A stretch of DNA of 64,000 bases from a virus (taxonomy: Duplodnaviria > Caudoviricetes): IMG/VR virus record IMGVR_UViG_3300037400_001903, positions 13,212 through 77,211 of that record; one strand, written 5' to 3'. Positions 27,861 through 37,111 of the stretch are shown here, in pieces. The translations under genes and the position numbers were made by a program. Positions within the stretch are counted from its first letter, which is position 1, and the number at the start of each line of letters is the position of its first letter. Under the pieces are notes generated by a model. That model did not search any database. It was not told the DNA's origin and saw only the letters and a list, made by a program, of their open reading frames with translations.

Positions 27861-29375
27861 TTATGCAGTTTGACTTATTAAGATATAAGCTTTTAAGTAG
27901 CTGCAAGCTATTGATTTAGCATTTCTAATTGCTGTATCAATGCTTGTGAAGCTATCAATTATTCCTTTCTCATATAAATTAACTATGCAATTATTTTGTA
28001 CGTCTAGCCCACATTCTAAATCTTCTAGTGTCATACGCTTTGGCTTCTTCAAGCCTGCATTACTGATGATTTTCAAACAAGGTTCTTGTAATGCTTTTAT
28101 AATGTGTTTGTATTTGCCTGATAAGGAAAGTAAATATAACGCTTTACCACCACCAGGAAGAATACCATCACGACAAGCACAACGAACTGCACCTATCGCA
28201 TCATCTAATTTTAAACGAATCGTAGTGAATTCAGTAATAGTCTGTGCAGCAATCTTAATCTTAGTTACACCTGCTGTTAGGTTTGCTAAACGTCTGTTGA
28301 TAACATCAGTTCTGATTATTCCTGTGTTGAATTCCTTGTCTTCAAGTTCCTTCTTGTAAGACTTAACTCTCTTCTCAACTTCTTTTGAATCAGAGCTGCA
28401 AAGTATTGTAGTCTTGTCTTGCTCAACAATAATCTTGTTAGCTGTTCCTGCATAAGCTAAACTGTAATCAGTTGTGCCTAGTGTAGGTGATTGAATCTTA
28501 CCGTTTGAACGAGCAGCAATGTCTAAGAATACTTCCTCTGGTTTAGAGTCGTTGATAAATACAATCATGAATCTTAATTTGTTTTGAATAAGATTATCTA
28601 GTAATATCTTTAAGCTTTCAGGACTGAAATCTTTTGATAAGAAGAATACTAATGGTTGATTTGGATTTTCAATCGAGTCAAATAATACTTTGATTCCGTT
28701 TCGTGTTAAGATTCCTTCAGCTAATAGGATTAGTCTAGCATTTTCTGCTTCCCATTTTCCCTCATCATTGCATAGTTGTTTCATTTCATCTGAGAAATAT
28801 CCTGAATCAATAACCATACCATCAACATGTTCGATAGAAGATTCAGCTGACTTACGGTCATGCTCAATAATAACATTCATGTTTGAACCTGCATACTTGT
28901 AAGCTTCAGCTACTAGTTCACCGATGGCAGGTATCTTAGTTGTTATATTAGCAACATTTCTTACCATGTCAGGTGAATCAATAGGCTTCTTCATAGTTTG
29001 TAAATCCTTTAGAGCTGCTTCAACCTCTTCATTTATCATGTCAGATGCTTCTTGTGGATGCTTTCCCTTCTTTATTAGGTCTAGCCCAGCTTTGTATAGC
29101 TCATTAGTTAATAAAACTGTTAGAGTTGTACCATCAAAAGCTCTCTTCTCTGTGTTGTTAGCAGCCTCAATAATAGATAATGCAACCATTCTTTCAAACT
29201 GGTCATCAAATTTCATGCATTCTTTCGCAACAGTAACACCATCGTCAGTTAGGAAAGGTCTAGAGAATTCATCCTGTAGAACTGCTAGCCTTCCCTTAGC
29301 TCCCATTGTAGGAGTAACGATGTCACTCATCTTTTGAAATGTTTCTTTTATTATCTTGATGTCTTTTGTCTTCAT
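27861..29375 (-). CDS. groEL: Phage-encoded GroEL-like chaperonin
   Basis: TMGAKG, TDDGVTVAKE, FDGTT, DDA..A...GILPGGG; start moved to MKTKDI after AAGGA; no GGM tail. Confidence 0.92.
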   Translation of the reverse strand: MKTKDIKIIKETFQKMSDIVTPTMGAKGRLAVLQDEFSRPFLTDDGVTVAKECMKFDDQFERMVALSIIEAANNTEKRAFDGTTLTVLLTNELYKAGLDLIKKGKHPQEASDMINEEVEAALKDLQTMKKPIDSPDMVRNVANITTKIPAIGELVAEAYKYAGSNMNVIIEHDRKSAESSIEHVDGMVIDSGYFSDEMKQLCNDEGKWEAENARLILLAEGILTRNGIKVLFDSIENPNQPLVFFLSKDFSPESLKILLDNLIQNKLRFMIVFINDSKPEEVFLDIAARSNGKIQSPTLGTTDYSLAYAGTANKIIVEQDKTTILCSSDSKEVEKRVKSYKKELEDKEFNTGIIRTDVINRRLANLTAGVTKIKIAAQTITEFTTIRLKLDDAIGAVRCACRDGILPGGGKALYLLSLSGKYKHIIKALQEPCLKIISNAGLKKPKRMTLEDLECGLDVQNNCIVNLYEKGIIDSFTSIDTAIRNAKSIACSYLKAYILISQTA

Positions 29376-29481
29376 AAATTCCTTTGTCTTCCTCTTCGTC
29401 ACTATTTATAGCAGCTACTATAGCAATGGCTATGATGATTCCTATGAATATCACACCCATTATTATGTATACTTTAGTCAA
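29323..29481 (-). CDS. Small single-pass membrane protein between groES and groEL (not in the ORF track)
   Basis: TTG start overlapping the groES stop (alternative ATG at 29460): YIIMGVIFIGIIIAIAIVAAIN then an acidic/charged tail; 3' end overlaps the groEL start. Confidence 0.55.
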   Translation of the reverse strand: MTKVYIIMGVIFIGIIIAIAIVAAINSDEEEDKGIYEDKRHQDNKRNISKDE

Positions 29482-29761
29482 TAGCCTCTGCGTCCTTTAC
29501 TAATACTAATATAATATCTTTAGCATTAACAGCGAATCCTTCGAATCCATCAAAGTTGATTGGCTGTGCTGCGAACATAGGATAGTAGATAATATTACCT
29601 ACCTTAAGACAATCCTTTCTGTTAGAGATAACAATCTCTCCACAGATGATGTCTTTCTTTCCTCTCTGTTCAGTTGCTGATACTACTAGTCCTGCTTTAG
29701 TAGTGACCTTTTCAGTTATCGGTCTGATAATTACATTTCCATTCAAACAATTATATTTCAT
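29474..29761 (-). CDS. groES: GroES-like co-chaperonin
   Basis: LNGNVIIRP...TTKAGLVV...GEIV...LKVGNIIYY...KDII; adjacent to groEL. Confidence 0.85.
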   Translation of the reverse strand: MKYNCLNGNVIIRPITEKVTTKAGLVVSATEQRGKKDIICGEIVISNRKDCLKVGNIIYYPMFAAQPINFDGFEGFAVNAKDIILVLVKDAEAID

Positions 29762-29773
29762 ATATCCTCCTTA

Positions 29774-31792
29774 TTATTTGTTTGCTTTCTTATATTCGCT
29801 TACGTAATCATAACCCATTATACTATTTATGATTGAGTATGCTGTTGAATCAGCAATAGCTGAATAATAATTTAATCCATTATCTTTTAGATATTGTTCA
29901 ACTATAGTGTTGTTACTTGTTGTAAACTTATACCAATATCCATCACTATACATATATAATGCTGACTTTCCTGCTCCAACATTCATGTTTACTACAGTAC
30001 CATCAGGTATTTTATTTTCTTGAGCAGCTTTCTGCATGCTATTTACCCAGATTGATTGAGAATCATTTTTCTCACCTGTTCCATTGAATTCACCGAATTC
30101 TTTTTCAGCAGCATTTCTAGATAAAGCTTTTGCATCTGTATCTAATTTTATCTCATAAGAGTTATTGTTTGAACTCTCTTTAATTTTATTTAATATATCA
30201 GATACTTTTGCTGAGTTATTTTCTATTCTAGTTTCTTCTTTAATTTTCTCATTGTTATAAGTTTCAGTAGGTGCTTGTTCCTTTAATAATCTGTCAGCAA
30301 AGTTAGCATCAAAAGCATTTAGATAAGCTGCTGCTTTCTTCTGGTCTTCCTCATTAGTTAACCCTTTAGCTATAGATTTCAAATCTTTTGTTGCTGAGTT
30401 AATTGCATCTGTAATTACATTAGTTAAATCAGTAGCATTAATATTCTTCTTTCCTGTAGTAGCATCAGTTACGGATGCAACATAGCTGTTAACTTTACTA
30501 CGAACTTCCCCTTCAATATAAGATTGAAGTTGAGCTCCTGCTTGGTCAGATGATAAAGCATACTCCATCTTTTCAGCTGGTGTCATGTTATCCCAGTTTC
30601 TAACTTTAACTGATGTACCGTCATAAGCAATGTTTCCATCACTGTCTAGCTCATAGAATTTATTATATGCTGATACATCTTCAGATGTTGATTCTAAAGC
30701 TGCATTATATCTAGTCCATAAATCCTGAGACCATTGCATCTCTAGAGATTGTTCAGTGCTCCATGCCTCAAGAGTTTTAATTCCTTCTTGAGAAATATTA
30801 TTTACACTGAACCAGTCGTTTATAGTTTTCTTTACTTGTTGAGCTCTTTCATCATCAGAGTTTTCAGCAAGCTTTGCTTCAGCAACTTTCATTTGGCCTA
30901 ACATATCTTTAACTTCAGCTGAGAAGTAAACACCTGTTACTTGAGCTTCATTGATTGCAGTTTGAACAGCCTGATTATAATATTCTTCAGCATACTGCAT
31001 CATGTTAGCATCATAGCTTAGACGAGCAGCTGCCATGGATGTGTCATATCCATACTTCTGTAGTTCCATAGCTCCATAAAGTTGAGCTTGGATAGATTGT
31101 TTCATGTATTCACGTTGACGCTCTTGGTCAAGTACATATCCACCTGTCCATCCTACCTTATCAGCAGTCTGGTTGTCTGTATATTTCTGCATGTCAGCTT
31201 GAGTTTGATATTGTGTAGCATTTTTCTCAAGCTCTTGACGTTGAGTAAGCATGTTTTGTTTTTGTTTCAAAGCTTCTTGCTGATAAGCATTCTCTGCTAG
31301 CTTACCAGCTTTCTCATCCCAGCTAAAGTTAGTTCCAAGAGCAGCTTGTGCTCCTGAACCACTGTTAGTTTTACCAGTTGAGTTAGGAGAATAAGTTTCT
31401 TTACCTGTGTTGTTCGCATTGTAATATCCAACATTATTAGCTGCACTATATTTTGATGTATCTATATTAGATGCTTTTGCATCTACATCATTCATACCTA
31501 ATATACCTGACTTGTTTCCTGAAGCAGGTTGTGCTGGTGTAGCTGGTTCTGGAGCAGCTTCATAATTACTACTTTCTCTTCTCTCATATTCTCCTAAATA
31601 ATCATTTATAGGATTTTGTGAAATTGGATTTTCACTTGTAGTATTATAATCTGGGTTTATACTTGTTTCACTTTTTCCTTGTGATGCAGCCCATGCAGAT
31701 TCAGGCATTCCAGGAGGTTTAGTTTTTACCTTTTTTACAGCATATTCAGGTATTAGAGGTATTGTTTCTGTAAATGGTGGTTTATAACTCAT
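29774..31792 (-). CDS. Putative internal virion / ejection protein
   Basis: 672 aa, low-complexity Pro/Asn N terminus and Gln/Ala-rich helical core, as in podoviral ejection proteins; no specific motif. Confidence 0.45.
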   Translation of the reverse strand: MSYKPPFTETIPLIPEYAVKKVKTKPPGMPESAWAASQGKSETSINPDYNTTSENPISQNPINDYLGEYERRESSNYEAAPEPATPAQPASGNKSGILGMNDVDAKASNIDTSKYSAANNVGYYNANNTGKETYSPNSTGKTNSGSGAQAALGTNFSWDEKAGKLAENAYQQEALKQKQNMLTQRQELEKNATQYQTQADMQKYTDNQTADKVGWTGGYVLDQERQREYMKQSIQAQLYGAMELQKYGYDTSMAAARLSYDANMMQYAEEYYNQAVQTAINEAQVTGVYFSAEVKDMLGQMKVAEAKLAENSDDERAQQVKKTINDWFSVNNISQEGIKTLEAWSTEQSLEMQWSQDLWTRYNAALESTSEDVSAYNKFYELDSDGNIAYDGTSVKVRNWDNMTPAEKMEYALSSDQAGAQLQSYIEGEVRSKVNSYVASVTDATTGKKNINATDLTNVITDAINSATKDLKSIAKGLTNEEDQKKAAAYLNAFDANFADRLLKEQAPTETYNNEKIKEETRIENNSAKVSDILNKIKESSNNNSYEIKLDTDAKALSRNAAEKEFGEFNGTGEKNDSQSIWVNSMQKAAQENKIPDGTVVNMNVGAGKSALYMYSDGYWYKFTTSNNTIVEQYLKDNGLNYYSAIADSTAYSIINSIMGYDYVSEYKKANK

Positions 31793-32598
31793 TATTGATT
31801 ACCTCCTAACATAGTTTCTAGTGGAGTTCCACCTGGAGCTATAGATTCTTGTGAACCAGGTAATGCTGTACCGATAGGAGAACCTCCAGCTATAGCTGCT
31901 GGTGGTGCTGCCTGAGGTTCCATTGGTTGACCTGGCATTCCAGTAGGATTCTGACGAACCATTGGTGAATTTTGGTCTAGCCCATACTTCTCTGCATCTG
32001 CAGGTGCAACTTGTGCTGCACTTGGGTCAGTAATTCTCTCAATGTTCTGTCTGTCTGTATCATTAAGCTGACTAAGGAATGATTCCTTAAGGTTAGCTTG
32101 GTTATGTTTCTCTTCAAATCTTTTTGTTATAGGATTATAACCTCTTTTAATAGCTTCAGCTATTGTCATTTCACCTTCTGGTGTCTGAACTTTGTATTCA
32201 TTTGGATGTTTGAGTAAATCATTTTTAAAACTTTTAGCATATTTATCTGATGCTTTAACAGTTCCTTTATCTAAATTTCTTTTAGCATCCTCATCTACTT
32301 CTTCATTAAGCTTAGGCTCATTACCTTTTGGCTCTTTCTTATCTGGTTCAAACATTCCTTCAGTGTTTTCTCCAGTCATTAACATGTCTTCTAAAGTTTT
32401 AGCATCAAGCTTTTTGTTACCTTTAGAGTCTTTCTTATCTGGTTTAGCTTTACTAATCTCATCCATTTTTTCTAATGGATTTTCCTCACCGTTGCCACCA
32501 TCTGGTGTAGCTTCAAGTGGATTAATTTGCTCTGCGTTTTCGGTTAAGCCTTGTTCACCTTGAGGTCCTTTACCTATTAAGTCTTCTAGTCCTGGCAT
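31792..32598 (-). CDS. Acidic low-complexity protein, possibly virion or scaffold-like
   Basis: AAAGGAG RBS; E/D/P/G-rich. Confidence 0.4.
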   Translation of the reverse strand: MPGLEDLIGKGPQGEQGLTENAEQINPLEATPDGGNGEENPLEKMDEISKAKPDKKDSKGNKKLDAKTLEDMLMTGENTEGMFEPDKKEPKGNEPKLNEEVDEDAKRNLDKGTVKASDKYAKSFKNDLLKHPNEYKVQTPEGEMTIAEAIKRGYNPITKRFEEKHNQANLKESFLSQLNDTDRQNIERITDPSAAQVAPADAEKYGLDQNSPMVRQNPTGMPGQPMEPQAAPPAAIAGGSPIGTALPGSQESIAPGGTPLETMLGGNQ

Positions 32599-32602
32599 AA
32601 TC

Positions 32603-32797
32603 CTATCTCCTTTCAATTATGTTTAATTCTTTGTCTATTACTCCAGCTTTTACAGCTCGATTCTTCATCCTAACATGTGTTGGATTAGACGAATCGTAGG
32701 TTCCAGTAATAATCAGATGTATTATTTGTTCACAACTTGTAGGCTTTTTCTTTTTCATGTGTTTTAAATTGTTGTTCAAATAATCATCTAGATTCAT
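32603..32797 (-). CDS. Hypothetical protein
   Basis: 64 aa, first gene after the leftward promoter; AAGGTG RBS. Confidence 0.6.
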   Translation of the reverse strand: MNLDDYLNNNLKHMKKKKPTSCEQIIHLIITGTYDSSNPTHVRMKNRAVKAGVIDKELNIIERR

Positions 32798-32815
32798 ACA
32801 ATCACCTTTTGTTTT

Positions 32816-32858
32816 ATTATAGCATAGACTTTATTTCTTTGCAATTATTTGCTATAAT
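32816..32858. promoter_or_regulatory. Divergent promoters
   Basis: Leftward TTGCAA-N17-TATAAT (32844-32816); rightward extended -10 TGCTATAAT (32850-32858). Confidence 0.7.
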
Positions 32859-32881
32859 TAGGGAAAGAAAGGTTTGATGGT

Positions 32882-33220
32882 ATGAAAAGGTTCCTCGGTC
32901 TTAACTTGTTGTTCTGGATTTTTATCTGGTACTATTGTAAATCAGGATTGAAGAGACTAGCCAAGAGACTCTTTAACTGGCAAACTGCAATTATATTTAT
33001 AATTGTATTTATTATTATGTCATCAGAAGTCTGGGTTCCTTATATCATTTACTTTGTTACAGATAGTGAATGGTGGTTAGGTATTGGCTCCACATGCTGG
33101 GCCTTCTGGGCTATGCCATTCACACCGTTTATTGAATTATGTATAGCTATTACGCTTGGAGTTGACAGTTTATGGAGGAGGATTTATGCCAAGATTAGAG
33201 GTAGACAAAGAGAGATTTAA
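32882..33220 (+). CDS. Small multi-pass membrane protein
   Basis: Trp-rich with 2-3 hydrophobic segments. Confidence 0.65.
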   Translation: MKRFLGLNLLFWIFIWYYCKSGLKRLAKRLFNWQTAIIFIIVFIIMSSEVWVPYIIYFVTDSEWWLGIGSTCWAFWAMPFTPFIELCIAITLGVDSLWRRIYAKIRGRQREI

Positions 33221-33560
33221 AAGTTTTTTAGCACAATTTATTGGTGACGCACCTTATCAGGTTGAGTTAGTTGATACCTTGTTTAGTCAGATGCCTATTC
33301 AGGTGAGAAATAATATGATTGAAGAGTACTATTATAAGTATATATTTAAAGGTGAGACTTATAAAGCTCAGCACATGGTATATCAAGCTGATATCCACAT
33401 GTTTCCTAACCTTGATGGATTAAAGAAGTTCTTAATTGATAGAAGTATGGGGACTATAGCTCCAGAGTTCTTTAATTCCTGTAAGCAAGCATTCTTCGAT
33501 AAGAAGATTCAGGAGCATGAGCCTATAGCTGGATACTATATAACTAAGGAGGTGTTATAA
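33186..33560 (+). CDS. Hypothetical protein
   Basis: GGAGGAGG RBS before ATG 33186. Confidence 0.7.
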   Translation: MPRLEVDKERFKSFLAQFIGDAPYQVELVDTLFSQMPIQVRNNMIEEYYYKYIFKGETYKAQHMVYQADIHMFPNLDGLKKFLIDRSMGTIAPEFFNSCKQAFFDKKIQEHEPIAGYYITKEVL

Positions 33561-34258
33561 TGGCTGATTCTTCTAGAGTATTTAAACCTATGATTCTTCA
33601 GACTAAGGAAGAATTACTTGCAGCTTTAAAAGCTGGACAATTAACTACATCCCACTACAATCTATTAGATGAGCAGCAAAAAATATTTGTTGAGTTAGTA
33701 TGTTTCGGTGGATACACTGCTGAGGAGGCGATGCGTGTTATCCTGCCAACGGCAAGAAATGCTGCAGCACTAGCTAATAGAATGCTAGCTAATAAAGATG
33801 TCGTCACTACGATGGATGAGTTAACTGTAGCTAAGACTACAAAGTTTAAAGCTGAGGTATCATCTGCCCGTGAGATGGCACTGGAGAAATTAAAATATAT
33901 TATGACTACTACAGATGATGATTCACTTGCTGCATCCTGTGCTAAGGTAATCCTTGATAAAGCTGGTGATGCTCTTAAGCAGGATAAAGATAAGGATGAA
34001 CCTGTTGGACAGGTATCATTTAATATTCAGGTTGAGAATGTTTATGCTCCTGGAACTAATCCTAAACAGGATGAGCCAGTAATTATAGAGCTTACACCTG
34101 AAGAGATAGACCCAACAATAGCAGAGACTAAAGAAATTAAAAAAGATTTAGACGCTGCTATTAAGAAACGTAAGGAGGAGTTGGGTCAGAATGAAGTTAA
34201 TCCTGAAACAGGTTTGCCTTATGTTCTACATTATGAAGGAGTTAATAATTATAAATAA
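33560..34258 (+). CDS. Putative terminase small subunit
   Basis: QQKIFVE...GYTAEEA...AAALANRMLANKDV HTH pattern plus an oligomerisation-like helix pair. Confidence 0.6.
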   Translation: MADSSRVFKPMILQTKEELLAALKAGQLTTSHYNLLDEQQKIFVELVCFGGYTAEEAMRVILPTARNAAALANRMLANKDVVTTMDELTVAKTTKFKAEVSSAREMALEKLKYIMTTTDDDSLAASCAKVILDKAGDALKQDKDKDEPVGQVSFNIQVENVYAPGTNPKQDEPVIIELTPEEIDPTIAETKEIKKDLDAAIKKRKEELGQNEVNPETGLPYVLHYEGVNNYK

Positions 34259-34259
34259 G

Positions 34260-34290
34260 AAAAAGAGTCCTATTACTAGGGCTCTTTCTC
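34260..34290. terminator. Bidirectional terminator
   Basis: AAAGAGTCCTA-TTAC-TAGGGCTCTTT between convergent genes. Confidence 0.75.
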
Positions 34291-34341
34291 TTTGGAGAGT
34301 AAACAAAAGCAAATAATTATTACACTTTTATTATATCTTAT

Positions 34342-36243
34342 TTATTCAGATAGTTCAACATTAAGTTCTTTCTTTATTTCTGCTTTAAAGTTTACTTGAC
34401 TCATTGGAGCACGGTTAACTTCAGCACAATATGCTTGATAGTTTGCGAATGCAACACCAAGTTTATATGTCTTAAGTTTAGCTATATCAGACTTAACCTT
34501 ATCTCTAAACCAAGATAATGGTCCTGAGTTATCTATTCTATATTGTTGTATCATTTCCTTTACACAATCAGGTAATGAGAATTCTTTAGTAGTATTTAAT
34601 ACATTGTATATAGCAAGGCATGCTTTATACGCTATGTAATCAATACTCTCTTGACTCATTAAACTGTTGTGGAAAGCTAGACCATCAACGTTTGTGACTT
34701 TACTTAAGTCAGCGTTGAATGGGATGATAGTAAATCTTCTATAGAAACCATCTGATGTATCAGGGGTTCTAGGTAATTTGTTACATGAGTACAACATTGT
34801 AGAGAATAACTTAGTAGTATAACTATCTTTATATTTTTGCTCCAGTTGTATGTCTTCATAAGCTGTTATTGATTTGAATAAATCAGATTCTTGAATAGGC
34901 TGTGATGATATATCACCAGCTAGTGATGCTAATTTATTTTTTAAACTTGCTGCTCTAAAGTTATTAGCTAAATCTTTGAATGATATAGCTGTATAGTTTT
35001 TACTTCCAAGCATAGTTTTAATTACATCTAAGAATGTTGACTTACCATTTCTACCAGCTCCGACTAATACGAATGCTTTTGCAAGTGCATTTGTTTTTAG
35101 CATTGTATAACCTATAACTTCATATAGTAATTGTTCAACATCTTTATCTCCACAAGTAGCAGTTGCAAAGAATTCATCAGCTGTACTACTATAAGCTGTT
35201 GGGTCATAGTTTGCTTCAATTTGTATTGACTCTAAGTGGTCTGGAGTCATTGGTTCTAACTTCATTGTAGCTAGATTTAGTATTCCATTTTTAAACACAA
35301 CTGTATATTCATTTTTATTAAACTCGACAGAGTCTTCATATAAATAATCCTTAATGTATTTCATTGTCTCTTCTTTTTGAAATGCTTTTAAGGATGGACA
35401 CATTCTTGTTATGTATCCTTTAATATAATCTTCATCATTTACGTATATATTCTTAGCATAATTATAGAAAAAGAGTTCTTTACTATCGGTATCACGTTTT
35501 ATATTGCAAGCTTGTACTACAAAGTCTCCTAATTTATAATGTAGGAATGAACTTTTATCAAAGAATTTTTCTAATACCTTATTTCGGTGTATAGCCATTA
35601 AATTATTTATTTCATCAGCAGTCAATGGTGATAAAGTTAATTGATTATTTATTATATTTAAGATTAACTTTTTCTCCGTGTCTGGTGTTGATATTAAATT
35701 CATAAGTTGTGCTGTCATTTGGCTTTGAACATCACCTGTTAGTGGTAATGTTAGCCCATCTTTGACAGTACTACTTATTATTCTTAAAGGCTTTAACCAA
35801 TAAGGTATTTGACTGATTGAATTCTCATACACAATACTAGGAAAGCTTGCTGATGTATTCATTTTATGGTGGAAAGGTAACAGAATGTTACTTCCCTTTT
35901 TGCTATATGTTATTGTATCAGCATTTATACCACATGCAAGTAAGTTATTAGTTGTGCAAGTATTTAAGGAACTCTTGCCTATTATTAAGTAGTAGCTCCC
36001 TTGCTCTAGAACTAATAGCTTTTCTTGTAGGTTTTGTATTGTATTAAAAATTAGTTTTTCTTCAGTCTTCAGCACGATATATCCTATAGAAATATTCCAA
36101 TAGATTTTGGTATTACTATCGAGCTTCATATAATTATTTACTTCAGAAAATTTTAATCTATTGTATATACCTGTTGCTGTTTCAACACTATAGCAAGGTT
36201 CATCAAGAGGATTTACCTCCTGGTTGAAGTCTTTGAATTTCAT
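34342..36243 (-). CDS. P4/D5-family SF3 helicase with degenerate N-terminal primase-polymerase domain
   Basis: GAGRNGKST, AGDI, MLYSCNKLP, GFYRR; LACGINAD remnant. Confidence 0.85.
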   Translation of the reverse strand: MKFKDFNQEVNPLDEPCYSVETATGIYNRLKFSEVNNYMKLDSNTKIYWNISIGYIVLKTEEKLIFNTIQNLQEKLLVLEQGSYYLIIGKSSLNTCTTNNLLACGINADTITYSKKGSNILLPFHHKMNTSASFPSIVYENSISQIPYWLKPLRIISSTVKDGLTLPLTGDVQSQMTAQLMNLISTPDTEKKLILNIINNQLTLSPLTADEINNLMAIHRNKVLEKFFDKSSFLHYKLGDFVVQACNIKRDTDSKELFFYNYAKNIYVNDEDYIKGYITRMCPSLKAFQKEETMKYIKDYLYEDSVEFNKNEYTVVFKNGILNLATMKLEPMTPDHLESIQIEANYDPTAYSSTADEFFATATCGDKDVEQLLYEVIGYTMLKTNALAKAFVLVGAGRNGKSTFLDVIKTMLGSKNYTAISFKDLANNFRAASLKNKLASLAGDISSQPIQESDLFKSITAYEDIQLEQKYKDSYTTKLFSTMLYSCNKLPRTPDTSDGFYRRFTIIPFNADLSKVTNVDGLAFHNSLMSQESIDYIAYKACLAIYNVLNTTKEFSLPDCVKEMIQQYRIDNSGPLSWFRDKVKSDIAKLKTYKLGVAFANYQAYCAEVNRAPMSQVNFKAEIKKELNVELSE

Positions 36244-36538
36244 ATAGTGTCTCCTCTATTTCCTCTAAAGAATATATGCCTTTAGCTATGCCTCCAGCGT
36301 TTTGTATTTGCCTTATTCTTAATTTTTGTAAGGCTGATAAAGTATTTCCATCTACTTTCAATTCAAATCCTATAAAGAATCCTCTATAACATACCAGTAT
36401 ATCAGGTGTTCCCTGATTTTGGTAAGCAGATACGTGGACTTTAACCACGTACCCACCTTTAGAGCGTATAAATTCTTCAGCATTTTTTTGAAAGTCAGAT
36501 TCTAATTCTTTATTCTTCCCATTCGCTGTCATCATCAC
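36203..36538 (-). CDS. VRR-NUC nuclease
   Basis: ESDFQ...GTPDILVCYRGFFIGFELK...LQ. Confidence 0.85.
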   Translation of the reverse strand: MMMTANGKNKELESDFQKNAEEFIRSKGGYVVKVHVSAYQNQGTPDILVCYRGFFIGFELKVDGNTLSALQKLRIRQIQNAGGIAKGIYSLEEIEETLYEIQRLQPGGKSS

Positions 36539-37109
36539 TCACGTATGAAGGAGTAGCTATTGGTTGAGGTTCTGGCTTTAGCTCTGGCTTTGGTTCTGGT
36601 GCTGGAGCTTTATTAGTTTGTGTAACTGTAGTTTCACCAGTATTCTTAGCATCAAATGGGAAATCATCACCTGCAAATTCTTCATTTGCATTAGGGAAAG
36701 TTACATCTAAATGAGCTTTGTCAATCTTTCTATATTTAAAGTCTTGACGCTTTTCACCATTTTGTTTTGTACCTATTGAGAAATCAATGATTAAAATTTT
36801 ATCTTTAATTAGACCCTCAATATCTATTGTTGCTGGCTCATTTTGGTTATAAGGTACACCACATACATTTCTTAGAGCTCTATATTTCCAAGAGAATGGA
36901 CTTGATGCCTCATAACTAATAGTGTCTTTTCTAGTTTGGTTCTTATGTGAACCACTTTTTAATCTAAAAGTGACGTCAAAGCTACCTGGTAGATATTCAT
37001 TAAGCTTTAAAGATTCAACTACTGCGACTACATCTTTTTCCTCGAAAGGTTCAAAGCTTATAGTATCATTAGAAGTATCCTGCTTACCTTGGTTAATCAT
37101 TACTGCCAT
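36510..37109 (-). CDS. Putative single-stranded DNA-binding protein (DUF669-like)
   Basis: Beta-rich core, acidic tail SDDDSEWEE, next to an AAA recombinase gene. Confidence 0.6.
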   Translation of the reverse strand: MAVMINQGKQDTSNDTISFEPFEEKDVVAVVESLKLNEYLPGSFDVTFRLKSGSHKNQTRKDTISYEASSPFSWKYRALRNVCGVPYNQNEPATIDIEGLIKDKILIIDFSIGTKQNGEKRQDFKYRKIDKAHLDVTFPNANEEFAGDDFPFDAKNTGETTVTQTNKAPAPEPKPELKPEPQPIATPSYVSDDDSEWEE

Positions 37110-37111
37110 GA

